The position numbers and the translations under genes were made by a program. 54,121 nucleotides of DNA, from the NCBI GenBank assembly GCA_019114705.1, contig DXEX01000189.1, positions 1 to 54,121 on the forward strand. The letters run 5' to 3'. Positions within the stretch are counted from its first letter, which is position 1, and every line of letters starts with the position of its first letter. This stretch comes from Candidatus Blautia gallistercoris (GTDB taxonomy: Bacteria > Bacillota > Clostridia > Lachnospirales > Lachnospiraceae). The notes beneath the pieces were generated by a model. The model was not told the origin of the DNA. It made no database searches and saw only the letters and a program-made list of their open reading frames with translations. Shown one piece after another: positions 31,035 to 39,425 of the stretch.

Positions 31035-32510
31035 ATGAGTAGTAAACAGATTACAGCATTAGTTATTATTTTCCTGTATATGATCGCCACCATTGCTCTG
31101 GGACTGATCGTTTCCAAAATGAAACAGAGCAAGAAAGAAAAACAGAGCAACGATGATTTCCTGATGGCCGGCAAATCCCTGGGACCTCTGGTTCTGGCCG
31201 GAACACTGTTTGCAGCAAATACAGGCGGTGCCAGTACCACAGGTATCGCTACCAATGTGTATGATTACGGGCTTTCCGCAAGCTGGTATGTGATCGCAGC
31301 CGGTATCGGATTCGTTCTGGTATCCTTTATCGCACCTTATTTCCGTAAGGCACAAGCCAGTACCGTGCCGCAGATCATCGGTATGCGTTATGGAAAGGCA
31401 TCTCATATTTTCACTGCCTTTACTTCTATTGCCGCGCTGTTTATGGCAACCGGTGCGCAGATCATCGCTACTGCATCCATTATCAACGTGGTAACAGGAT
31501 TGAGCTTTAATACAGCGGCAATCATCATTACCATTGTAGTTATCATCTATACCATGATCGGCGGTTTCCAGTCTGTAGCGGCAGCAAACCTGATGCATGT
31601 GTTATTTATCACAGTAGGTATGGCTATTGCCATGTTTGTTATGCTGGGAAATGCAGAGATTGGCGGTCTGTCCAATCTGTTTGCAAGAGCCAGCGAGATG
31701 ACGGATGCTTCCGGAGCGGGCATGGACCTGCTGAGTATGACAAAAATCGGTGTACCCACTGTCATCGGCTACATTGCCATGTATTTTATGACCTTCCCGA
31801 CTGGACAGGAGATCGTGCAGACCTACTGTTCTGCTAAGGATGGTAAATCCGCCAAGCTTGGTTCTCTGATCGCCGGTATTCTTTCCGCAGTGTATGCCAT
31901 TGTTCCGGCAATCATCGGTTTGATCGCATACGTATGTATCGATGGTTATGCAAGCGGCCCGCAGAAAAATGCGCTGGCAGATGCGACTATGCAGTTCGCA
32001 CCGGGAGTTGTGGCTGGTATCGTGCTGGCAGCAGTGGTGGCGGCAACCATGAGTTCTGCTTCCGGAAATATGATCGGTACAGCAACCATGTTTACCAATG
32101 ACGTGTTCCGTCCCTACATCAACGGCGGAAAACAGGATGACAAAAAAGAAATCTGGATCTCCAGAGTGATCATGGTGATCGTAGGTGCGGTAGGTCTGAT
32201 CGTTGCCTTGACAGCATCCAATATCATCAGCGTTATGATGGGTGCATTCGCTCTGAGAAGTGCAGGTCCATTCGCAGCCTTTATCTGCGGTCTGTTCTAT
32301 AAGAACGTAACACAGCGGGCAGGATTTATCTCCATCGTTGCAGGTACAGTTGTAGCAGCCTTCTGGATCTATGGTCTGAATACTCCATGGGGACTGAGTG
32401 CAATGGTACCTGGCGGAATCGTGGCACTGGTGCTGATCTTTGTTCTGTCTGCCATTGACCGGAAGCTGGGCGTGAAGCCGGCTCCGGAACTGAAACTGGA
32501 AGATAATTAA
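31035..32510 (+). CDS. Sodium:solute symporter (SSS)
   Basis: DFLMAGKSLG, AATMSSA signature, about 13 TM helices. Confidence 0.9.
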   Translation: MSSKQITALVIIFLYMIATIALGLIVSKMKQSKKEKQSNDDFLMAGKSLGPLVLAGTLFAANTGGASTTGIATNVYDYGLSASWYVIAAGIGFVLVSFIAPYFRKAQASTVPQIIGMRYGKASHIFTAFTSIAALFMATGAQIIATASIINVVTGLSFNTAAIIITIVVIIYTMIGGFQSVAAANLMHVLFITVGMAIAMFVMLGNAEIGGLSNLFARASEMTDASGAGMDLLSMTKIGVPTVIGYIAMYFMTFPTGQEIVQTYCSAKDGKSAKLGSLIAGILSAVYAIVPAIIGLIAYVCIDGYASGPQKNALADATMQFAPGVVAGIVLAAVVAATMSSASGNMIGTATMFTNDVFRPYINGGKQDDKKEIWISRVIMVIVGAVGLIVALTASNIISVMMGAFALRSAGPFAAFICGLFYKNVTQRAGFISIVAGTVVAAFWIYGLNTPWGLSAMVPGGIVALVLIFVLSAIDRKLGVKPAPELKLEDN

Positions 32511-32651
32511 GAGAAAAATGCAGGGATCCGGAGCAAAGAAGGCCAGCCGGCACTGCTTTGGATCCCTCTGTGGAAACCTGTGGGAAATGCCTGCAGGTAG
32601 ATACATGAAAAATGATCAATTGGGTTTAATTGGGGAAAGGATGCAGAAATT

Positions 32652-34256
32652 ATGAAAAAACTGATTCAGAACGGATTTGTTGTAGACGGAAGTGGAAAAC
32701 CCGGGTATGCAGCAGATGTGCTTGTGGAAAACGACCGGATCGTGAAAATAGGAAAAATTGAAGCAGCAGAAGATATGGAAGTAATCGACGCAAAAGGTCT
32801 TGTGGTGGCGCCGGGATTTATCGATACCCACAGCCACAGTGATCTGCAGATTCTGGTGGAGCCGGAAGTACAGCCAAAAGTAAGACAGGGAATCACCACA
32901 GAGATCCTGGGACAGGATGGTATTTCCATGGCGCCCCTTCCCAAACAGTACATCAGCCCGTGGAGAAAGAATCTGGCTGGTCTGGACGGAGACAGTGAGG
33001 AGATCAACTGGGAATATGAGAATACAGAAAATTATCTGAAAATGGTTGAGGCTGCCAAACCGGGGCTGAATGAATGCTATCTGGTACCTCATGGAAATAT
33101 CCGTATGGAAGCTATGGGACTGGAAAACCGTCTTCCAAATGAGGAAGAGCTGGAGAAAATGCGCCAGATCACACGTCGTGAGATGGAGGCAGGAGCTATC
33201 GGTCTGTCCACCGGACTGATCTATATGCCCTGTGCCTATTCTGAATCCAAAGAAATTATTGAAATGTGCAAGATTGTTGCCGAGTACGATGGAAGATTTG
33301 TGATCCATCAGAGAAGCGAAGCAGATACCATTCTGGATTCCATGGAAGAGGTTATCAAGATCGGAAGAGAATCCGGTGTGAAGATCCATTACTCTCACTT
33401 CAAAGTGTGCGGAAAGAAGAACTGGGACAAGATCGACGATGTGATCCGTCTTCTGGAGCAGGCCAAGGCAGAAGGCATCGATGTTTCCTTTGACCAGTAT
33501 CCCTATGTGGCAGGAAGCACCATGCTGGGTGTAATCCTTCCTCCGTGGGTGCATGACGGCGGTACAGACAAAGTTCTGGAGCGTCTGGCTGACAAAGAGC
33601 TGCGCAAAAAAATGGTATATGACATTGAACACGGCATTCCCGGATGGGATAACTTTGTGGAATTTGCCGGACTGGACGGTATCTTCGTAACCAGCGTAAA
33701 GAACGAGAAAAACAAAGACGCAGTGGGCTTAAGTCTTACAGAGCTCGGCAAGCTGCGGGGAACGGATCCGTATAATGCCACATTTGATCTGCTGTATGAA
33801 GAAGAAAACGCCGTGGGTATGGTGGACTTCTATGGTACAGAAGAGCATGTGCAGCTCTTTATGAAGCGTCCGGAAATGAACGCCTGCACAGACGGTCTTC
33901 TGGGCGGAAAACCGCATCCCCGTGTATATGGAGCATTCCCGAGAATCCTGGGAAAATATGTGCGGGAAGACAAAGCTCTGTCTCTGGAAGAAGCGATCTA
34001 CAAGATGACAAAGAAACCGGCGACGACTTTCAATATGACAGACCGTGGAGAGCTTCGGGAAGGCGCCTACGCAGATATCTGCATCTTTAACCCGGACACC
34101 GTGATCGATAAGGGAACGTTTACAGATCCGATCCAGTATCCGGATGGAATTGAGTATGTAATGATCAACGGTGAATTTGCCGTGAAGAATGGAGAGCATA
34201 CCGGTACAAGAAACGGCGTGGTTCTCAGAAAGAAAGGAAAAGAGGTAGTTAAATAA
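32652..34256 (+). CDS. N-acyl-D-amino-acid deacylase-like amidohydrolase
   Basis: APGFIDTHSHSD, GLSTGLIY, HQRSE, SHFK, FDQYPY, TDG, PHPRVYGAFPR. Confidence 0.88.
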   Translation: MKKLIQNGFVVDGSGKPGYAADVLVENDRIVKIGKIEAAEDMEVIDAKGLVVAPGFIDTHSHSDLQILVEPEVQPKVRQGITTEILGQDGISMAPLPKQYISPWRKNLAGLDGDSEEINWEYENTENYLKMVEAAKPGLNECYLVPHGNIRMEAMGLENRLPNEEELEKMRQITRREMEAGAIGLSTGLIYMPCAYSESKEIIEMCKIVAEYDGRFVIHQRSEADTILDSMEEVIKIGRESGVKIHYSHFKVCGKKNWDKIDDVIRLLEQAKAEGIDVSFDQYPYVAGSTMLGVILPPWVHDGGTDKVLERLADKELRKKMVYDIEHGIPGWDNFVEFAGLDGIFVTSVKNEKNKDAVGLSLTELGKLRGTDPYNATFDLLYEEENAVGMVDFYGTEEHVQLFMKRPEMNACTDGLLGGKPHPRVYGAFPRILGKYVREDKALSLEEAIYKMTKKPATTFNMTDRGELREGAYADICIFNPDTVIDKGTFTDPIQYPDGIEYVMINGEFAVKNGEHTGTRNGVVLRKKGKEVVK

Positions 34257-34636
34257 TGAAAAAAGAAGTAATCGCAACCACAAACGCACCGGGCGCAGTC
34301 GGCCCATATGTACAGGCAATCAAGGCAAATGGCATGGTATATTGTTCCGGACAGCTGGGAATTGATCCTGCAACCGGAAAAATGCCGGAAACTGTGGAAG
34401 AGCAGGCACACTGCTCCATGAAAAACATGGGAGCTATCCTGAAAGAAGCAGGAAGCGACTATGGCCAGATCGTTAAGACCACAATCTTCCTGACCGACAT
34501 GAATGATTTCGCAAAAGTAAATGAGATTTACAAATCTTATTTCGGCGACGGTTTCCCGGCTCGCTCCTGTGTACAGGTAGCCAAGCTGCCCCTGGGCGGA
34601 CTGGTGGAAGTAGAGTGCATCGCCTGCGCAGAATAA
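34256..34636 (+). CDS. ridA: RidA family reactive enamine/imine deaminase
   Basis: APGAVGPY, SGQLG, FPARSCV (catalytic Arg), VEVECIA; start overlaps upstream stop (TAATG). Confidence 0.92.
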   Translation: MKKEVIATTNAPGAVGPYVQAIKANGMVYCSGQLGIDPATGKMPETVEEQAHCSMKNMGAILKEAGSDYGQIVKTTIFLTDMNDFAKVNEIYKSYFGDGFPARSCVQVAKLPLGGLVEVECIACAE

Positions 34637-34657
34637 CAGAATTATAGCGGGAACGAA

Positions 34658-34699
34658 AAAAGGAACTGAAGCAGGAGAAATCCTGCGGCAGTTCCTTTT
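34658..34699. terminator. Bidirectional terminator between ridA and rpoN
   Basis: AAAAGGAACTG..GCAGGA-GAAA-TCCTGC..CAGTTCCTTTT. Confidence 0.8.
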
Positions 34700-34705
34700 C
34701 TGCGT

Positions 34706-36022
34706 CTATTCGTATTGCCGTCTTCTGGCCGAATCCGGCAGTTCCATTTCATTCCGGTATTTGGTCACCAGACGTTTGGATACTGTCAGGCCGTCCCGGG
34801 CCAGCAGGTCTGCCAGAGTCTGATCGGAATAGGGATGTTTTTTGTCTTCCTTTTCGATCAGTGTACGGATCCGGCTGCGGATGGCATCTTTTTTATCCAG
34901 TCCCTGCACAAAGAAATAGCTGAGGGGGAAGACCCCGAAGGTACACTGCAGGAATTTATCCTTTACAGCCCTGCTGATGGTGGATTCGTGGATCTGCAGC
35001 AGGTCGGCGGCTTCTGCCTGGCTGAAGGAATGCAGATATCCGCTGCCGTGGAGGAAGAAATCCTGCTGTTTCCGGACAATAAGCTTTCCAAGGGCAAGAA
35101 GAGTTTCGTTGCGTTGTTCCACACACTGGACCACCCAGTCCAGCTGTCTCTTCTTGTCTGACAGATAGCCAGCAACTTCATTGGAGGAGGGAGTGGAAAG
35201 CATCTGCATATATTCTTCGTTATAGCGGATTGGCGGCAGCAGTGAGTCATTGAGTACAATGTCAAAATGATCCTGGAATCGGACGACGGCCAGCTCTGGC
35301 CGGATGTAGCTTACATATCTGCGGTCTCCGAAGGAAGCACCCGGACGGGGATTCAGACTGCGGATGACCTTGCAGGCACGCAGGACTTCATCCAGAGAAA
35401 CCCGCAGCTTCCGGGCCAGGGTATGCATCTGGTTTTTGGCCAGAAGCTCCAGATGCTCCCGGGCAATGGCCAGAGCGGTCTGGTCTTCGGGATGCTCTTT
35501 TTTTAGCTGGATGCAGAGGCATTCGGGAAGAGAGCGTGCTCCGATTCCCAGAGGTTCCAGTGTCTGGAGCAGAGAGAGCAGTGCCGTGATCTCATCCAGA
35601 GAGGTCTGGACGGCTTCTGCGATCTCTTTCAGGGGCATTTCCAGGTAGCCGCTGGGTTCCAGATTTAAGATCATATATTCCATGATATGGCGCTGGCGGT
35701 CTGTCAGGGAAAGATCGTTGATCTGAAAGAGCAGAGACTCTTCCAGGGTTTCCGAACTGTCAGATCCGCGGTTCCACAAATCCTGGGCGTCTTTCCGATC
35801 CTGCCTGTCATAGACAGGATTCTGATCATCGGAGCGATACGTCAGCTGTACCGTATGTTCGTATTCTGAAGGAGGAGCCTCCAGTTCCATCAGGGGATTT
35901 TCCATGGCCAGCTTTTCCAAATACTGTCCCAGCTCCGGAAGATTCATCTGCAGGATTTCCGAGCTCTGGATCATACGTCCGGAAATATTCAGTTTTTGGG
36001 TTGGAGTTAATTCTATTTGCAT
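34706..36022 (-). CDS. rpoN: RNA polymerase sigma-54 factor
   Basis: Q/L-rich region I (ILQMN..ENPLME), EPLGIGARSLPECLCIQL, LNPRPG, HESTISRAV HTH, PYSDQ, RpoN-box variant SKRLVTKYR. Confidence 0.93.
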   Translation of the reverse strand: MQIELTPTQKLNISGRMIQSSEILQMNLPELGQYLEKLAMENPLMELEAPPSEYEHTVQLTYRSDDQNPVYDRQDRKDAQDLWNRGSDSSETLEESLLFQINDLSLTDRQRHIMEYMILNLEPSGYLEMPLKEIAEAVQTSLDEITALLSLLQTLEPLGIGARSLPECLCIQLKKEHPEDQTALAIAREHLELLAKNQMHTLARKLRVSLDEVLRACKVIRSLNPRPGASFGDRRYVSYIRPELAVVRFQDHFDIVLNDSLLPPIRYNEEYMQMLSTPSSNEVAGYLSDKKRQLDWVVQCVEQRNETLLALGKLIVRKQQDFFLHGSGYLHSFSQAEAADLLQIHESTISRAVKDKFLQCTFGVFPLSYFFVQGLDKKDAIRSRIRTLIEKEDKKHPYSDQTLADLLARDGLTVSKRLVTKYRNEMELPDSARRRQYE

Positions 36023-36075
36023 CGTGTTTTCTCCACTGTTTTCTTATAAATTCGTATGGCAGGTTTTGTAACTCC

Positions 36076-36104
36076 ATACTACTATGGCGTAAATAGAAAG
36101 TCAA
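36076..36104 (-). promoter_or_regulatory. sigmaA-type promoter of rpoN
   Basis: Minus strand TTGACT-N17-TAGTAT. Confidence 0.6.
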
Positions 36105-36137
36105 GAATGACGGTTGTGGGCAGCACCCAAAAATCCG

Positions 36138-36166
36138 TTGAAACCCGCAGAAAAGGATGATAAAAT
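36138..36166 (+). promoter_or_regulatory. sigmaA-type promoter of azlCD
   Basis: TTGAAA-N17-TAAAAT with extended TG. Confidence 0.65.
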
Positions 36167-36188
36167 GGAAATTCGGAGGTGCTTTTCG

Positions 36189-36896
36189 TTGAGTAAAATG
36201 GAATATTTTAAGCGGGGAGTCAGGGATGGAATCCCCATTGGCCTGGGGTATGTGACTGTGTCGTTTACCTTTGGTATGATGGCTGTTTCTTCCGGTCTGC
36301 AGATCTGGCAGGCAGTGCTGATCTCTCTGATGAATTTAACGTCCGCCGGCCAGTTTGCGGGATTGCCGCTGATGGTTTCGGGGGGCTCATATTATGAAAT
36401 GGCGTTGACGCAGCTGATCATCAATATGCGCTATTGCCTGATGTCCTTTGCCCTTTCCCAGAAGCTGGAGAAACATGTGCCGGTGATCCACCGTTTTCTG
36501 GTAGCTTATGGAGTGACAGATGAGATTTTCGGCATCAGTGTCAGTCAGGAAGGGAGGGTTTCTCCCTGGTATTCCTATGGGGCTATGAGTATGGCCATAC
36601 CTGGGTGGACACTGGGAACACTGGCAGGCGCCATATCCGGAAATTTTCTCCCGGCGTTTATGATCAGTGCCCTGAGTGTGGCAATCTATGGAATGTTTCT
36701 GGCTATCATCATACCGCCGGCCAGAAAAGAGAGGTCGGTGCTGCTGGTGGTATTGGCAGCCATGGCCATCAGTACGCTGTTTTCTGTGATCCCGGTGCTG
36801 AAGCAGGTGTCATCGGGGTTTGTTATCATCATCACCACACTGCTTGTGGCCGGCGCGGCGGCCTGGCTGCATCCGGTGGAAGAAAAGGAGGCTTAG
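36189..36896 (+). CDS. azlC: AzlC family branched-chain amino acid exporter subunit
   Basis: GIPIGLGY, SAGQF, INMRY, TDEIFG; TTG start 8 nt after GGAGGT (ATG 36198 is the alternative). Confidence 0.88.
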   Translation: MSKMEYFKRGVRDGIPIGLGYVTVSFTFGMMAVSSGLQIWQAVLISLMNLTSAGQFAGLPLMVSGGSYYEMALTQLIINMRYCLMSFALSQKLEKHVPVIHRFLVAYGVTDEIFGISVSQEGRVSPWYSYGAMSMAIPGWTLGTLAGAISGNFLPAFMISALSVAIYGMFLAIIIPPARKERSVLLVVLAAMAISTLFSVIPVLKQVSSGFVIIITTLLVAGAAAWLHPVEEKEA

Positions 36897-36900
36897 TGTC

Positions 36901-37215
36901 ATGAGCAATACACAGTTTTTTCTGTACCTGCTGGTGATGGCCGGGGTCACATATCTGATTCGAATGCTCCCCCTGGTATTGATCAAGCGGGAGATCACCA
37001 ATCCTTTCGTGAAATCCTTTCTGTATTATGTGCCTTATGCCAGCCTGGCAGCCATGACATTTCCGGCTATTCTTACGGCTACGGAGAGTGTGGTATCGGG
37101 TGCGGCCGGCTTTGCGGCGGCGCTGCTGGCGGCTTATAAGGAGAAAAGCCTGCTGACTGTGGCAGTCTGTGCCTGTGCGGCAGTCTTTGTGGTGGAACGC
37201 CTGCTGGGATACTGA
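36901..37215 (+). CDS. azlD: AzlD family membrane protein
   Basis: MAGVTYLIRMLP, FLYYVPYA; directly after azlC. Confidence 0.85.
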   Translation: MSNTQFFLYLLVMAGVTYLIRMLPLVLIKREITNPFVKSFLYYVPYASLAAMTFPAILTATESVVSGAAGFAAALLAAYKEKSLLTVAVCACAAVFVVERLLGY

Positions 37216-37318
37216 CACGTTCCTGATCTGTCAAAGAGGCAGATGTGGATTTCTGTCTGAAGTACTGGGCTGTCCTGAAGTATTTCCGTCTTCTGATTCG
37301 TTATGATCAGTGAAACAT

Positions 37319-37392
37319 CTTACACAGATGTAAGGTTCATCCGGAAAATGTAAGCTGCATCGATGGCAGTCCGGAAAGAAAACACGTATACT
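37319..37392 (+). promoter_or_regulatory. Second BceR-type activated promoter, upstream of the transglycosylase
   Basis: CTTACA-CAGA-TGTAAG (37319-37334), TGTAAG at 37349, TGGCAG at 37364, TATACT at 37387; same offsets as the bceA promoter. Confidence 0.85.
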
Positions 37393-37471
37393 GATCATAG
37401 AGAACATGCGAAATGACAGTGATTCCGGAAGAGGGACGCTGGAAGCTACAGAAGGGAAAGGTGAGACGGAA

Positions 37472-38167
37472 ATGTTTATACTGCGGTTTATACGAAGACT
37501 TGTGATGGTGCTGCTTCTGGCCGGACTGTGCGGGGGAGCGTTCCTTACCTGGCAGGGCTATCATATGTACTGGGAAAGCCTGCAGAACAAAAGTCTGGAG
37601 CAGATGCAGGAAGAAATCCAGTCCAAGCCGGAATATACCACACTGGAAGAAATGCCGCAGATTTATCTGGACGGTGTGGTGGCGGTGGAAGACAAACGGT
37701 TTTACCAGCATCCCGGATTTGATCTGCTGGCCATAGGCAGGGCAGTGGTCAATGATATAAAGGCAGGGGCTCTGGTGGAAGGGGGAAGCACCATCACCCA
37801 GCAGCTTGCCAAGAATGTATATTTTACCCAGGAAAAAGAGTTCAGCCGGAAGATCGCAGAGGTTTTCATGGCCGTGGCGATGGAAAAGGAATTTACGAAA
37901 GACGAGATCCTGGAACTGTACCTGAATTCCATTTATTTTGGAAACGGATATACCTGTGTGAAAGAAGCAAGCCGGGGATATTTTGGAAAGGAACCCATGG
38001 AAATGAGTGAAGATGAGTGTATCATGCTGGCCGGTATCCCCAATGCCCCTTCGGTATATAATCCGGTGGACAACCCGGTGCTGGCGGCAAAGCGCCAGCA
38101 GCAGGTGCGTACACAGATGCTTAAGATGGGAGTGCTTTCGGAAGAGGAAGCTGTACCACAAACGTAG
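37472..38167 (+). CDS. Monofunctional peptidoglycan glycosyltransferase (GT51), no transpeptidase domain
   Basis: N-terminal TM helix; EDKRFYQHPG, GGSTITQQLAKN, RKIAE, KDEILELYLN, LAGIPNAP. Confidence 0.92.
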   Translation: MFILRFIRRLVMVLLLAGLCGGAFLTWQGYHMYWESLQNKSLEQMQEEIQSKPEYTTLEEMPQIYLDGVVAVEDKRFYQHPGFDLLAIGRAVVNDIKAGALVEGGSTITQQLAKNVYFTQEKEFSRKIAEVFMAVAMEKEFTKDEILELYLNSIYFGNGYTCVKEASRGYFGKEPMEMSEDECIMLAGIPNAPSVYNPVDNPVLAAKRQQQVRTQMLKMGVLSEEEAVPQT

Positions 38168-39425
38168 CCCCGCCGCCGGAGGTATCCTCCGCATGGATGG
38201 AGCCGTGATGGCAGCGCAGGATCTCCCGGGCAATGCAGAGCCCAAGCCCATAGTGATGGCGGGAAGTGCGAGAAGCTTCTCTCCGGTAAAAACGTTCAAA
38301 TATTTTTTCCTGTTCCTCTCTGGGAATACCGGGACCATTGTCGATGACCCGGATTTCCAGAGAGGTATTTTTTTGCTCCAGGGCCAGGGTGATCCGGCCG
38401 CCTTCCGGAACATAGCTGAGAGCGTTGTCCATGAGGATTGTCAGTACCTGTTCCATGCGTTCCCGGTCGCAGCTGCAGTCGGGAAGGAGCTCCTGAGGAA
38501 GCTGCAGAGAAAGGCTGATCTTCTGCTTCTTTGCCAGTGCCTCATATTTCTCATAAGTATCCAGCAGGATCTCATCCAGCTGTTCCGGCTGAAAATGAAG
38601 CTGCAGGGATCTGGCGTCAGAATTGGCCAGAGTCAGCATGTCTGTGATCAGATGGGACATTCGGCTGCCCTCTTTCCGTATCATGGCAGTAAAGTGGGGC
38701 ACCTTTTCCCTGGGAGCATGCTCCAGCGCAGAGGCTGCGGAAAGGATCACCGACAACGGAGAGCGCAGCTCATGGGAAGCGGAAGCAATGAACAGATGCT
38801 GGCTTCGGGCGCTGTCTTCCATGGGACGCAGCATCCGCCGGGTGAACCGCCGGGAAAATATCCACAGCAGCAGCAGGGCCAGGATGTCTGCCAGGCAGAA
38901 TAAAAGAGCCAGCCAAAGCAGCTGTCCTCTTGCCGGTCTCAGAGAATGCAGGATCAGCACGCCCAGCTGTCCTCGGGCATTGGGGATCCTGGCGGCGGAA
39001 ATCTGCCATTCATCGCCGGAAGCGTCTTTCAGGGTAAACTCCTGATGCACCGTAAGTTTATCCGATGTAGGGAGGAGCAGATCCAGTCCGTAGGTTGTCC
39101 GGGCTTCATCAAGGGCCTGTTCTTTCAGCAGGGAAAGCTGAGAGTCCTGTTGGAAGTCCTGGCTTAGAAGCGGAGAACCGCCATCATAGATAAAAAGAGA
39201 AATATGATGGATGGCTTCAATCTGCCGGACCCATTGAAGTGTAAGGACTTCCTGGTACTCCAGATAGGTATAGACAGAGTCCAGGGTGCTCTGGAAGGTC
39301 AGTTTTTCCCGCTGATTAAGGCTGCCTGCTGTGATAAGAAAGCACAGCAGGCTCAGGATGCACAGGATCAGACCGGTGATCAGGGTGCAGAAGAATGTGA
39401 GCTGTCGGTGAAGTTTCTTATACAT
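38121..39425 (-). CDS. Sensor histidine kinase with extracytoplasmic domain
   Basis: Two TM helices, ASHELRSPL, MDNALSY, DNGPGIP, FERFYR, GLGL. Confidence 0.92.
   Translation of the reverse strand: MYKKLHRQLTFFCTLITGLILCILSLLCFLITAGSLNQREKLTFQSTLDSVYTYLEYQEVLTLQWVRQIEAIHHISLFIYDGGSPLLSQDFQQDSQLSLLKEQALDEARTTYGLDLLLPTSDKLTVHQEFTLKDASGDEWQISAARIPNARGQLGVLILHSLRPARGQLLWLALLFCLADILALLLLWIFSRRFTRRMLRPMEDSARSQHLFIASASHELRSPLSVILSAASALEHAPREKVPHFTAMIRKEGSRMSHLITDMLTLANSDARSLQLHFQPEQLDEILLDTYEKYEALAKKQKISLSLQLPQELLPDCSCDRERMEQVLTILMDNALSYVPEGGRITLALEQKNTSLEIRVIDNGPGIPREEQEKIFERFYRREASRTSRHHYGLGLCIAREILRCHHGSIHAEDTSGGGATFVVQLPLPKALPS

Noticed and set aside
38007-38903. 298-aa plus-strand ORF as a frameshifted continuation (transpeptidase) of the transglycosylase
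   Set aside because: It is antisense to the histidine kinase and does not resemble a penicillin-binding domain; the GT51 domain is complete on its own.
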